In this document: piece by piece, positions 47,840 to 60,386 of the stretch
How positions within the stretch are numbered: position 1 is the stretch's first letter
How the letters are laid out: each line of letters opens with the position of its first letter
Assembly: GCA_010356995.1 (NCBI GenBank)
Contig: ML996687.1
Span: 435,803-499,802, forward strand
Direction: 5' to 3'
From: Trichodelitschia bisporula
Lineage: Eukaryota
Length of the DNA: 64,000 nucleotides
The notes under the pieces: model-generated
Seen by the model: the letters and a program-made list of their open reading frames with translations, nothing else
The model's database searches: none
What the model was told of the DNA's origin: nothing
Translations under genes and position numbers: made by a program

Positions 47840-50367
47840 TCAGTCTATCCAGTCCCACCCATTTTTCAAATTTTGCACCCTACTCAAGTCAGACGCTGTC
47901 TCAGCAATACGATGCACTTACGCTGTCATCGTCGGCCACGCCAGTTCCTCCCCACGACGCATCACACGCAGCAACTCTTCCTGATCGCGGCGATCCCGGA
48001 ACCTATTACCGGCCATTGTTATGGCCATACAAGCCATGACATAGTATGGTGGAGTCTTCGTATTTGACTGCCAGATATTTAGCCTAGCCCGGTCACATTG
48101 AGAAAACTCACCTCCGCAATACCACAAACCGCGCGGACATGGGCGATAATCTCATCCTGCTGAGCGTCAGCCTGTTATCAAGAGCCAAAATTTGAGCTTA
48201 CATCAGCTTGCTGTAATGCTCTCCGCTGTGAAGACCCCAATGTTGGAGTAATCGGATCATGTGCCCGCAGCAGAATCCGCGTGAGATGATAGTGAGCCAA
48301 CCCGGTTCCGACAGCATCACTCAGAACCCGAACGATTGGGAATGAATTTTCACTGTCTGGAGCTCGATAATAGAGTGGTGTAAAGCTCCACGGCTTGTGC
48401 TTCATCCACTCAGTACAGTATTGAACCATCTGATGGTAATCTGCCACTTGATGCGTCCCGTCACTGAAGCAGTAGCGAAGAGCTTCAGCGCAATGCCGAA
48501 CCATGCGGTTCGCCCAAGTGCAATCATCAGCTGGGTCCAGAGAACATTCAATGGCTGACAGGTCGATAGTGGACAGCACCGGACAAGAGTTGCTAATCGC
48601 AAAAAACAACTCCATCCGTAAGCCAACCCAAAATGCGGCTTGGCCGAGACCGCTCCCATGAGCATTACCCTCTCGGGCGCTTATGAAAGCCTGAGCACCT
48701 GTAAGATGGTGGCTTTGCAGGCCAGGTGAAGATGTGGGGGCTGTCGCGTCAGCTTTTGGTGTCTTGGCTTTTGAGAATAGTAAGCGATGTAACAATGTTG
48801 ACAAGAAAGAAATGGCACGGATTTGTTAAACCAAAAGGCTGAGGCAAGGGTGGGGGAGAAGGAGGGGGATTTCCGGGTACCAAGAAGCTTGATGTCCGAA
48901 ACTGTGATGCAGTTCTGGTTTAGGCAAGTAATGATGATGGCGATTTCTGAAACTCACATTCCATTTCCTCGTAGAAGCGAAGAATGATCGTTGCTGCCAG
49001 CAGATTTTCATCCTGAACAGACGCGCTGTCGCTCAAAAGCGGAATAAGTTCATTCAGGCACTCGTCATAGTACCTCTCGGCCAGATACTTGGTCCCGTTG
49101 GCTACCCGACAAATGTGACGCGCAGACACAGCGAATATGGCATTCAGCAGAAGCGGGCACATGGCAGTACGGCAAGGAACAACCAGTGCAAAGTGCCTCT
49201 CCTTGTCACATAGGTCCAGGCAGCTCGCCACTTCGTCAACATAATGACACATCAAATCCGCCTCTTGCAAGTCCGTTAGCGGCCAGACCGGAGCATTGTG
49301 TTCAGATCTCGGCGGCCTGGAAGCTAGGCTGAGAACATTTTCAAATTGAGTCTCTAGCTTTGGCAAGTCGCTAGGAACATTCTGAGCCTTGTCGAGGGTG
49401 TCAGACTGTATGCCCAGCCCATAGCCGTGAGTCTGTGACAAAGGACTCCGAACACCAGGATTTCGATTCCTAACTCTTGAGATCACCGGTGGAATGATCA
49501 ACCCGCCGGCAGATGTCCCGAGTGCGCCTCCCTCGTGAGAGGGATTGGCACCGCCGGGCTCGGGGTGTAAAGAAACCTGTGGGATAACATCCGTGGTTGT
49601 CCAATATCCGGAACTCGTCGAAGAAGGCGAAGGCGTGTCCGCGGCCCGGTGCTCAAAGTCGGAACACGTTGAAAGGGCTGCAGCTCGGCTGTTGTCTTCG
49701 AAATCGGAGATGTTCCCCCAGCTTTTTTGGACCTCCTCCGTCACGTCCACAAATTTGAGGGCCTCACCGTTACGGAACCAGATCTGGTCGTCCGCGAAGT
49801 TAAATTCACACTGACGACGCCCGGGTGTTTGGACACTATTGATATATGTTAGCGCAAGCGCGCAAGGGCAATTTAGCCTAACGTGCGGATGGCAGACAGG
49901 TGCTGAACCAAACGTGGCGCACATCTATTATTGCTGAAGAGACTTGTTGAGGAGAGCCATGGAAATGGGAAGTGGGAGCGTGCGTTTACCTTGGATTCGA
50001 CCGATGTTTAACTCAACAAGTCAGCTTTCGCAGTACGGGCCAATTGTACTGAAGGAACTCACACCGTGTTCTCGACCCGCGTATGCATTTTGTGTTACTC
50101 TTGGTACATCTCGTACACGATGGGGTTTGCTCGTCACCTTAATAGCTGCCATGTAAGCCAATGCGCTGCGAAACCGAGGATACATACACTTAAGATGCCT
50201 GGAAGGATCGTGCATGCAGCGGTTAGACCATATATTTGTATGCGATGCCTCGCATTGCACATACCTATCTCGACAGCTCTAGAAGGCAGTAAGTGACACT
50301 GACACCCGACAAATGGCTCACACCCTACCATGCATCCCGTTCTAGTCCGTGGGATGGATTTGGGCAT
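47840..50367 (-). CDS. Zn(II)2Cys6 transcription factor with fungal-specific TF domain (ArcA-like)
   Basis: Spliced micro-exons rebuild [33 protein letters not shown]. Later exons give LDLCDKERHFALVVP, LLAATIILRFYEE, QAAFWVGLRME, WANRM and terminal LKNGWDWID*. Internal boundaries only partly resolved. Confidence 0.85.
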
Positions 50368-51849
50368 TCTATTCTGAGAACTGGGTCCGCCGATTCGGGA
50401 AATGGAGCAAATGAAAACAATCGAGCGGCTCTCGATTCTTGAGATCAGGAAAACGGACAACGATCGAGAAAAGAGAGGCTATCAGGTCGCCAGCGGCGTC
50501 TAAAATATCCAAGAACGACCCATGAAGTAAGCCATTGCAAGCCTCAGCTTGGGACCAGAATGTGGCATCGAAGGTGACGTTCGTTTTGGAAGCTTCGTGA
50601 TACATGTCGATCTGCCTATTGGTGGCGGCCTTGAGTGGCAGCCCCGGTTCCAGCCGCATCAGCGGCTTGTGATGCACGCCAGCACATAACCTCAAATCGA
50701 TGAGCCTTGCCCATCACTGTATCTTAGCCGTGCAGTTCACTTCCCTTCAAATGCGAGGACAACTGCCAACTCACACCTGTGGCTATTCATATCAACGTAC
50801 TTGAGGTATGCCGGCGACGGAAAACGCCGAGCGTCATACTTTTCTTGAGACCATTAGCCTGTACCGTACAGCCGGGAACTCCTCCGATGGTCGTCGTGCT
50901 TGCTAGCGCGCGTGCATGAAGTCTGAGGCCATAGTCGGAAGGCGGGTAGACCTCCGATGCGGCCGTTCGGCGGTACTCAACCTCAATTCGGAAGCGATCA
51001 CCGCATTCCGGCACATTTCCCCCGTACGGCGTGCAGCCGACGAACTGGAGATCTGCACGTTGCCAAAGAAGGCTCAGGTTGTTAGCTCACACTTTCGCGC
51101 GGTGTTCTTAGGCCACAGATGACAGAATGGACTTTGAGTCTCCTGCGCCGGGCCATTCTCCGATAGCCTGATCGCTTCCTGAGCATGCAGCATTTCACCG
51201 TTCATGACAAAGTCACTTTGGAGATGTCTTAAGGTGACGGAGTTCACAGTCCAAGGGAAATAATGGAGACCCGCGAGTTTGGGTCCGCCTAGGCAAGGCT
51301 GAAATACGACCTGTCGGATTCTTGGTCAGTGGCGCGCGGCTTGCGGCTTGCGGCAATCCGCAAAAGAAAAGGCCCGAGCCACACCCGCGATAGCGACACG
51401 CTATTGCCCAGTTTGATCTTCGCATTCCTGATTTTCCGAACCGGATTCCGGCTTACCAGCCATTACGCAACGTATGATGACCGCTAATCCCGGTTCCTCG
51501 ATCTTGCCCATCACATTTTCCCCTTGTCCTCAAACCCCAGGCCAAGTGCGCTGACGTAGTTCGCGCGACTTGGGGTCGTGAGGCGACCACTCGCCAATGT
51601 TCCTCATGCTACGCTTTGTACATCGTTGTAAGCACGCGGATCAATGGTGAGGAGCCAAGGCTCAACGGATGCGTTGGCCTCGATGGTCCTGTTCCCGGAG
51701 AATTGGGAAGCTGCCGAGATGACGCGGAGCACAGGGCGTTGGTGGCATGTGTGGGGGATCGCCTGCTTCATGAAGATCGTAGAGGATAGAGCACTGGAGG
51801 CTCAGAAGCGTCATGGATTCTCTTCGACTCTCTTTATTCCTAAGCAACG

Positions 51850-52356
51850 TCACGGTGGTGAAGCAGAGCTGGAGCTCTCCGGTTTCCGAACATCGTCGCG
51901 AGCAAGGGGTACCGTCGAGCTATGTGTCCAAATGCTATCCGCGAGGCCCTTGTACCAGTTTCTCACCTAAAGAAGCTCAGAGTGCGAATGGTAGGGGAAG
52001 GATGTCACCTACGGATTTGAATGGCACATGGTCTTTATCTCTCTGGCCCCAATCCATCCAGAGAACACCGTATGCGACGACAGCTTAATCCACATTAGCC
52101 ACCAAACTACGCCGTTGCATCTTCACTCACAGATGCAAGCTCCCCATTGTATTAGCTTTGTTGCCTTCGTCCAGCGTGGGCGAGCCCAAGCAAGCTTTGC
52201 TCTCCTTCTGTACCGGCGCTCAAGTCTAAGTTGTTGCTTGGGCGACATTTTCGTGAAGTCTGGCGGCCATTGTTTCTTTGCTTTGTAGGGATTGCGTTCG
52301 AAATCGAAGGGGATTTGAGGAGGCGCAACGGCCCAGCGGGCTATGGAAGGCAACAT
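51850..52356 (-). CDS. Small conserved-looking fungal protein, probable single-pass mitochondrial membrane protein (~137 aa; start uncertain)
   Basis: Exons 52356-52131, 52083-52013, 51966-51850 give NPYKAKKQWPPDF...LERRYRRRAKLAWARPRW...QWGACISVVAYGVLWMDW. Confidence 0.75.
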
Positions 52357-52683
52357 GTGCGTGTGTGTCAAGAGGCTTCGCGGTGGGGCAGCTTTGACAT
52401 TGCGATGGTTGAACGATGTCGGACAAGTTTGTCGTTGATGCCTTAGTTCCGCATTTACACAGCCTTAGAATCAAGGTGTATCGGAGCGGCGCGCACCTTC
52501 TCCGAAACGTCAACCTCAAACCACTGGGCAAGCCATCCGTCACTTTTGGCAGTGACTCAGGAATAAGCAAATATTGTCTACCATACGCCCCGCGCCTCGG
52601 AAAGACGAGCGCATTCTCTGTTCAAAAGTCCAAAAAAACTGTAGAGAAAGCGCTTCTGCGCTGTCTTTCCAAATACCGCGAAA

Positions 52684-55600
52684 ATGTCTGCTTCAAAGTC
52701 GGCTGCCGAGCCCGTGGATCCGACTTCCAACACTCAAGGCACGCTCAAGATCGAAAATGTGCGAATGCTCAAACATGTGATTCGGGCATAGGCTAAAGTC
52801 TTAAAATAGACCGAGAAGCGCGATACTTTGAAGGAGATCGAAAAGAGATATCAGAAGCAATGGCAAGACTCCAAGATCTTCGAGGCGGATGCTCCGAGTA
52901 TCGCCGAGTACCCGCCCGAGAAGATCTCCCCGGAGGACCTGCGGGCTAAAGAGCCAAAATTCTTTGGTGTGTGATTCTTTTGCTAAGGGTGTATGACTGA
53001 ACTAACACATTCAGGAACCATGGCATACCCGTAAGATCGCGGCTCTGTGCTGCTTGTTTCTGTCCTAATCAGCCTAGCTATGTGAACGGAACTCCTCACC
53101 TGGGTCATGGATTCACAGTTACCAAAATTGAGTACGCCAGCCGCGTTGCTCGCCATCAGGGAAAGCGCGTCCTGTACCCCCAAGGCTATCACTGCACCGG
53201 CATGCCCATCAAGGCGTGCGCTGACAAGCTTATCCGTGAAGTTGAACTCTTCGGCAAGAACTTTGAAAACTACAAGGAAGAAGATGTTGAAGAAGCTCCG
53301 ATCCCTGCTCCGACTCAAGCCGAGACTAAGACCGATATGTCGAAGTTCACGAACTTGAAGAAAGGTGTGTTCGCCTGGCCCGACCCTGAGTAACTCTAAA
53401 CTTTGCCACAGGCAAGGCTGCAATGAAGACGGTGAAGACGAAGTACCAGTTCCAAGTCATGCTGGCCCTCGGGATCCCAGTCACGGAGATTCACAAGTTT
53501 GCCGATCCCAACTACTGGTGTGAATTCTTCCCGTCGCGCTGGCAAGGCCACTTGATCGGCTTCGGTTCATCCGTGGACTGGAGGAGGAGCTTCGTCACCA
53601 CCGACCTGAACCCGTACTATGATTCCTTCGTCCGCTGGCAAATGCGGAGACTGAAAGAGCTCGGGAAGATCGACTTCGGGAAGCGGTACACTGTGTACTC
53701 TCCCAGGGATGGCCAGCCATGCTTGGACCACGACCGTGCTTCGGGCGAGGGAGTTCTCGTCCAAGAGTACACCGGTATCAAGTGCAAGGTTGAAAAGTGG
53801 TCGGAAGAGGCGGAGAAACAGCTGGCGGGCAAGCTTACGGAGGGCGCAAGTGTCTACATGGTCCCGGCCACCCTTCGCCCTGAGACGATGCTTGGCCAAA
53901 CTAACCTGTTCGTTTCGCCCAAGATCACATACGGCGTCTATCAAGTGTCGGACAAGGAATACTACTTTGTCACCGAGCGTGCGGCTCGGAACATGGCGTT
54001 CCAAGGGATATTCCCATCGTGGGGTTCCTTCCCGAAAGTGGCGGATATCAAGGGGTCTGACGCAATCGGAACCCTTGTCCAAGCCCCTCTCAGCCGGCAA
54101 GGAAGCGTCTACGTGGTTCCCATGGACACCATAAAGGAGACGAAGGGCACGGGTGTTGTTACCTCGGTTCCGTCGGACAGCCCCGATGACTACATCATGA
54201 CCGTGGACCTGGCAAAGAAGGCCGAGTTCTACAAGATCAAGCCCGAGTGGGTGTCTTTGGACATTCTCCCCATCATCGAGACCCCCAGCTATGGCAATCT
54301 CACTGCCCCCGCCTTGGTTAAGAAGTTGAAGATCAACTCGCCCAAGGATGCGAAGCAGCTTGCCGAAGCTAAGGAGCTTGCCTACAAGGAGGGATTCTAC
54401 CAAGGCAAGATGATCTTTGGCGAGTTTGAGGGCCGGACCGTTCAGGACGCCAAGGGTCTGATCAGGCAGCGTCTGATTGACTCTGGTGACGCTCTCGTCT
54501 ACTGCGAGCCGGACGGCTTGGTCATGTCTCGTTCTGGCGATGAATGCGTCGCTGCGCATATGGACCAGTGGTTCCTGACCTACGGAAATGCCGATGAGGA
54601 ATGGCGTGGCGATGTTCTGGGCCATGTGCGGAACGAGGATGGCCAAAATTTCAATTCTTTCACGCCGGAAACCAAGCATGCCCTCGAGCAGACTCTCGGG
54701 TGGATGAATCAGTGGGCCGTGACTCGCCAGTTTGGCCTAGGAACCCGGCTGCCGTGGGATCCTTCTCAGCTTGTGGAGAGCTTGTCGGACTCAACAATCT
54801 ACATGGCCTACTACACGATCGCTCATTATCTTCACTCCGACATTTACGGCCGAAAGCCTGGAATTGGCAACATCAAGCCGGAGCAAATGAAGGATGAAGT
54901 GTGGGAGTACATCTTCGCTCTGAGAGACTCGGTTGATTCCGACATACCCAAGGAGACGCTGGCGGCCATGAAACGAGAGTTTACGTACTGGTATCCGCTC
55001 GACGTCCGTGTCAGCGGAAAGGACTTGATCAACAACCATTTGATCTTCTTCCTCTATATCCACCAGGCCATCTGGGGCAAGAAGGCGCCGCAGTATCTGC
55101 CCAAGGGCATTCGCTTGAACGGACATGCCATGTTGAATGGCGAGAAAATGAGCAAGAGCACTGGCAACTTCCTCACTCTTGATGATGCGGTCGCCAAGTT
55201 CGGAGCTGATGCTACTCGTATCGCACTCGCCGATTCAGGTGATGGTGTCGAAGATGCCAACTTCGAGGAGGCTGTCGCCAACTCGACAATCTTGAAGCTT
55301 TTCGAGTTGAAGAAGTGGATCGAAGAGGAGATCCTCGAACCCCGCCTGCTCAAAGAGGGTGAGACGTACGCTGGCGTTCGTGACGCCGAAAAAATCAAGA
55401 CCTCGGACATCATCCAGCGCACCGGACCGAAGAACTTTTGGGATCAGCTCTTCGAGAATGAGCTGAACACTCTCGTCAAGGAGACGGTGCAGCACTACTC
55501 GGCGTAAGTTCCCGGTGCCGTTCGGTACACACGCTGACGATTTAGAACTCTCTACAAGGCGGCCCTGAAGTCTGGCTTCTATGACTTCACCAGTGCTCGC

Positions 55601-56353
55601 GACAGCTACCGTATCTCGACGACCTCTGCTTCTGTTGGCATGCACCATGACTGCGTTAAGCGTTATGCCGAGCTTCAGGCACTGATGCTTGCTGTTGTCG
55701 CTCCTCATTGGTCCGATTACATCTGGCAGGAGGTGCTCAAGAAGCCCTCTACCATCCAGACGGCAGTCTTCCCTTCGGTTCCCGATTCTGTGCCGTCTCT
55801 AACCGCCGCATCCGAGTATATCCGTAGCACGCACGGATCCATTGGAACGGCAGAAGGCGTGCAGCAAAAGAAGTTGGCGAAGGGAAAGACCACCTCATAC
55901 GACCCTAAGAGCGACAAGAAGCTCACCATCTTCGTGGCCAAGTCATGGCCCGCATGGCAGCAGAAGTACCTTAACGTGGTGCGCGAGCTGTTCGACGGGC
56001 TGACGCTGGACATAAAGAAGGTGCAGCCTAAGATTGAGAAGCCCGATATGAAGAAGGCTATGCCATTTGTGCAGGGTCTGAAGCGGCGTCTCGAAAGTGG
56101 TGAGAAGAAGGAGGCAGTCTTTGAGCGCGAGCTCGGCTTTGATGAGGTCCTTGTCCTCCTTGAGATGATCCCAGGGCTGCTGGCTATCGTGCCGAAGCTC
56201 AAGGTGGTTGAAGTCGTCATTGTCGATGATGGAGCTAAGGAAGGCGTCAAGATTGAAGCGGATGGGAAGGCAGGCGAGAAGGTGACTTCGTTGCCGCCCG
56301 CGGCTGCTGGTGCCGAACCTGGCGTGCCTACCTTCGAGTTTTCGAACATATAG
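52684..56353 (+). CDS. Cytosolic (archaeal/eukaryote-type) leucyl-tRNA synthetase, divergent sequence
   Basis: HIGH-like HLGH, KMSKS, CP1 editing motifs TLRPET and [39 protein letters not shown]. Introns 52759-52809, 52967-53014, 53031-53077, 53365-53411, 55504-55545. Confidence 0.95.
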
Positions 56354-56466
56354 GTCTTTAGTGAGTCCCACCACGCGTATGGCCATACGACGTTAGTCGG
56401 ATAGATATCTAGACGCCAAAAAGTGCTCCTGTTGCCAGAGCTTGTTACTGCGTTATCCGCGTGGCC

Positions 56467-58076
56467 CTAATATTCCCGGCCCGCCTTCTCGGCTCGCAGC
56501 CGATCATACCGCAGAACCGCGCCCAACAATACTTGTGCCCCCAGAGCGCAATCCTCGGGCGTACTATACTCCTCCGGGTTGTGCGATACCCCATTCTTGC
56601 ATGGGATGAAAATCATGCTCGTCGGGCAGACCTTGCTCGTGTACACGCTATCATGGCCCGCGCCGCTAACCATCTCGGCAGTCAATTCCTTCGCCTGTGC
56701 ACCGAAGACCCCCTCCGCCGACTCAGTCACGCACTTGATGCAATCGGGGTGGAAGTCGATCTCCGACGAGACGCTATCCGTGCGCCACTCCACCTGGCAC
56801 GCCTTCCCCGGCGTGGCCCCATCATTAAGACCCCCAACATCCTCCCCCGCCGCAATCACCGCGAAATCTCTGCGGAGCGCCTCCTCAGCCTTGTCCAAAA
56901 TCCCATCATTCCTCGCCCGGATATCCAGACTGAACCGCACGTGCCCGGGAATAGTATTGGTGGACCCAGGCTCAAGCGTCAGAATCCCCGTCGACGCAAC
57001 GCAGCCCAACTTCGTCGCAATGCGGTGACTGTGCAGAATCATCTTCGCGGCGGTGAGGAGCGCATCCGCACGCGCGGACAGTGGCGTGGTTCCAGTGTGT
57101 GCATCCCGCCCGCGTACGTCTAGCGTGAACCAGCGGTAGGCTTGGACGGCGGTTACGATGCCGATTTTGCGGTTCCAAGACTCCAGGATCGGGCCCTGCT
57201 CGATGTGCAGCTCGAAGTGCGCGGCCATGGGGATTGCAGTGTGGGATACCTCGGTGGGGCCATTGTATCCGATGCGGGCGAGCGCGGCGGATAGAGTTTC
57301 GGTGCGCGGGGGCGTAACCTCTACCAAGTCGTGGGCGGTGGCGAGCGGGATTTGGCCCGCCCACACGCCGGAGGAGACCATGGAGATGGGGAAGCGGGCA
57401 CCTTCTTCGCTGGGGGGTGTTAGGGGGAAGGTGCAAGGAGGGAGGGGTAGGGATTACTTGGTCCAGTTTACAACACCGATGGGGAACTCGGTTTCGATAT
57501 GGTTTTCGTTGAGAACGTGGAGCATTTCAACGGCGGCATGTACACCCAGGATGCCGTCGTACCGGCCGCCCGATGGCTGCGTGTCCAGGTGCGAGCCGGC
57601 GAAGGTGGGCGGCCCGGAGCGCTTGCCGGGGCGTACGGCGAAGATGTTCCCCATCGCGTCGATGGTCACTGTGCAACCGGCCGCTTTGGTGGTTTCGACG
57701 AACCAGTCTCGGGCTTGCTTGTCGGTGTCCGAGAGGGCGAGGCGGCGCATGCCGGTGTCGGTGGTGTTCCTGGAGGATTAAACCTTTGCTCGGGAGGAGG
57801 AGCGTTGACATACTCTCCCCATCGCTTGCCTGTTCCCCATTGGCACGTGTAGTGCAAATCGGTTAAGAGCCGATCACGGCTAACTTTGAGGCTGTTGAGG
57901 TCTTGAGATGTCATCTCTACTGTATCGAAGTTCAGTCGAATGTTGATGGAAAATGGCGGAGCTGGAATTGGTCTGCTTAATATATATTTGCCCCATCCCC
58001 ACGTTGACGGCCGGCTTCGCTGTGAGATCAGCGACGAGAACGGTAAACCCGGCCTTGCAGCTCTGAAGAAAGCCAT
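56467..58076 (-). CDS. M20 family hydantoinase/carbamoylase-type amidohydrolase (beta-ureidopropionase / N-carbamoyl-amino acid hydrolase-like)
   Basis: GSHLDTQPSGGRYDG, NWTN|EEGARFP, HFELHIEQGP, AHTGTTP, SGAGHDS, GVSHNPEE. Introns 57770-57813 and 57410-57457. Arg/Ser-rich N-terminus resembles a mitochondrial presequence. Confidence 0.92.
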
Positions 58077-58414
58077 AATTGGTGGCGATAACAACACTTG
58101 GACGGGATAGCTCTACTACTTAAGTGCCGATAGCGATGCCGTGACAAATAACATCGCATTGGAATGGCATCAAAGACCGATAGGGAGCAGGACGAATTCC
58201 CGTCCAGATCTCACTTATCGCCGCAAAGGCTGAACTACATTACCCGATTGGTTCTTCCCCGCACTCCATGCTGTAGAGATGATGTCGGAGGACGTCGGAG
58301 AAAAGACGGCACCGAGACTGCATGCCAAGATTTCGAGCCGCGAACTTTTTGGACGCGGAGGTTTCTGTACCATCGGTGGAGACAACTACGCCCAACGATA
58401 TCACAACCGCAATT

Positions 58415-60094
58415 ATGGACGCTGTGGAAGTCCGACAGACCCTCACAAGGCCTGAGGCCTCAATAACCAAATCCGCTCCGCAGACTGTCGCCAAAAAGTC
58501 CTCCAGACCCCCCACCGCCCCTCTCAACCCCGAAGCCACCGCACTGCGGAAGCGCGAGGAGGAAGCGCAGAGCATCTATGGCCGAGGCAAGAAGATCCGC
58601 ACAGATGGAATCAAGGACAAGAAACTGCGCGGTAACCTGCGCGTTCTCGAAGCGAAGTACAAGACCGCTATGCTGAAAGCCCGCGATGCCGAAATCCTCC
58701 TCGAACATGAATCTGGCTTTCTCGAGCCCGAGGGCGAACTCGAGCGCACTTACAAGATTCGGCAAGATGAAATCCAGAGTAGTGTTGCGGTTGAGACGGC
58801 GAAGAAGGGGTTTGAGCTGAAGCTGGATGATCTCGGACCATACAAGGCGTCATACTCGAGGACGGGACGAAACCTGATACTTGCGGGCCGGAAGGGGCAT
58901 ATTGCGACGATGAACTGGAGGGACGGAACCCTGGGGTGCGAATTGCACCTGGGGGAGACTATCCGGGACGCAACTTGGCTGCACAACAACCAGTTCTTCG
59001 CCGTTGCGCAGAAGAAGTACACGTACATCTACGATCAGGCCGGTGTAGAAGTCCACAAGCTCACCAGCCACATCGAGGTAACTAACATGGAATTTCTGCC
59101 TTATCACTTTCTCCTCGCGACTATCGGAAACGCTGGATATCTCAAGTACACCGATACCAGCACAGGCCAGATGGTTGCAGAGCTACCTACAAAAATGGGC
59201 TCCCCCACAGCCTTTGCGCAAAATCCCTACAACGCGATCATACACGTCGGGCACCAAAACGGGGCAATCACTCTCTGGTCACCCAATTCAACAGGACCGC
59301 TCGTCAAGATACTGGCCCACCGTGGCCCGGTCCGGAGCATGGCCATGGACAGGGAAGGCCGGTACATGGTAACCACTGGCAACGACTCGAAGATGGCCAT
59401 CTGGGACATCCGCAACTTCAAACCTGTTCATGAGTACTATCTTCACCAACCGGGCGCGTCTCTCGCCATCTCCGACCGGAACCTCACTGCGGTCGGCTGG
59501 GGCACGCAGGTATCTGTCTGGCGAGGCTTGTTCGACAAGGCGCATGCGGACCAAGAAAAAGTCCAGAGCCCGTACATGGGATGGGGTGGTGAAGGGCAGC
59601 GCATTGAGCGCGTACGGTGGTGTCCATACGAGGATATTCTGGGTATCTCGCACGACAAGGGCTTTAGCTCTATCATCGTGCCCGGCGCCGGAGAGCCGAA
59701 CTTCGACGCACTGGAGGTCAACCCGTACGAAACGAAGAAGCAGCGACAGGAGGGCGAGGTGAAGGCCCTTTTGAACAAGATACAGCCGGGCATGATCTCA
59801 CTGAACCCGGACTTTATCGGCACTCTGGACCTCGCCTCGCATGAAACGAAGCAGAAGGAGAAGGATCTGGATCGGAAACCTGTGGACAAGATTGAGGAGC
59901 TCAAGCATCGGGGGCGCGGAAGGAATAGCGCTCTGAGGAGACTGCAGAGGAAGAGGGGCCAGAAGAACATTGTCGACGAGAAGAGGCTGAGAATTGAGGA
60001 TCTGCGGAAAAAGCAGAACAAGCGGGAGCAAGAAAAGATGAAGAAGCAAGAGGAGGCATACGGGCCTGCCCTTTCGAGATTCGTGCGCAAATGA
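58415..60094 (+). CDS. UTP7: U3 snoRNP / SSU processome WD-repeat protein UTP7 (WDR46/BING4CT)
   Basis: WLHNNQFFAVAQKKY, EFLPYHFLL, WCPYEDILG, IIVPGAGEPNFDALEVNPYE. Start at MDAVEV (58415) preferred; an in-frame ATG also exists at 58322. Confidence 0.95.
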   Translation: MDAVEVRQTLTRPEASITKSAPQTVAKKSSRPPTAPLNPEATALRKREEEAQSIYGRGKKIRTDGIKDKKLRGNLRVLEAKYKTAMLKARDAEILLEHESGFLEPEGELERTYKIRQDEIQSSVAVETAKKGFELKLDDLGPYKASYSRTGRNLILAGRKGHIATMNWRDGTLGCELHLGETIRDATWLHNNQFFAVAQKKYTYIYDQAGVEVHKLTSHIEVTNMEFLPYHFLLATIGNAGYLKYTDTSTGQMVAELPTKMGSPTAFAQNPYNAIIHVGHQNGAITLWSPNSTGPLVKILAHRGPVRSMAMDREGRYMVTTGNDSKMAIWDIRNFKPVHEYYLHQPGASLAISDRNLTAVGWGTQVSVWRGLFDKAHADQEKVQSPYMGWGGEGQRIERVRWCPYEDILGISHDKGFSSIIVPGAGEPNFDALEVNPYETKKQRQEGEVKALLNKIQPGMISLNPDFIGTLDLASHETKQKEKDLDRKPVDKIEELKHRGRGRNSALRRLQRKRGQKNIVDEKRLRIEDLRKKQNKREQEKMKKQEEAYGPALSRFVRK

Positions 60095-60386
60095 TAATGG
60101 CATACAACGTGCATTGTGGGTGTCTTTGCGGACCACAAGCTGTGGGGCATGAGTTGACTCCGGGGCTTCATGGCTCTACAGCGTATGCATTTCGGCGTTT
60201 TTGGAAGAGGTATTTGCACGATAAGTGCTGAGATACCAGGTCGGCCTTACTTTGACTGGAAGGGACAATAGTAACCATGGATGCTTCACGGATTTCTATG
60301 GCATTGGTGTTGTTGCTTGACAGGCTTAGTTCATTGCTTTGCCCGTATCTCCCCTTTCCGCACGCCTGTATCCCGGATTTCACCAT

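Noticed and set aside
53567..54679. 370-aa antisense ORF within LeuRS (similar cases: 6304-7074, 41654-42424, 59443-60219, 27748-28437)
   Set aside because: Antisense shadows expected from GC-rich codon bias; no recognisable motifs.
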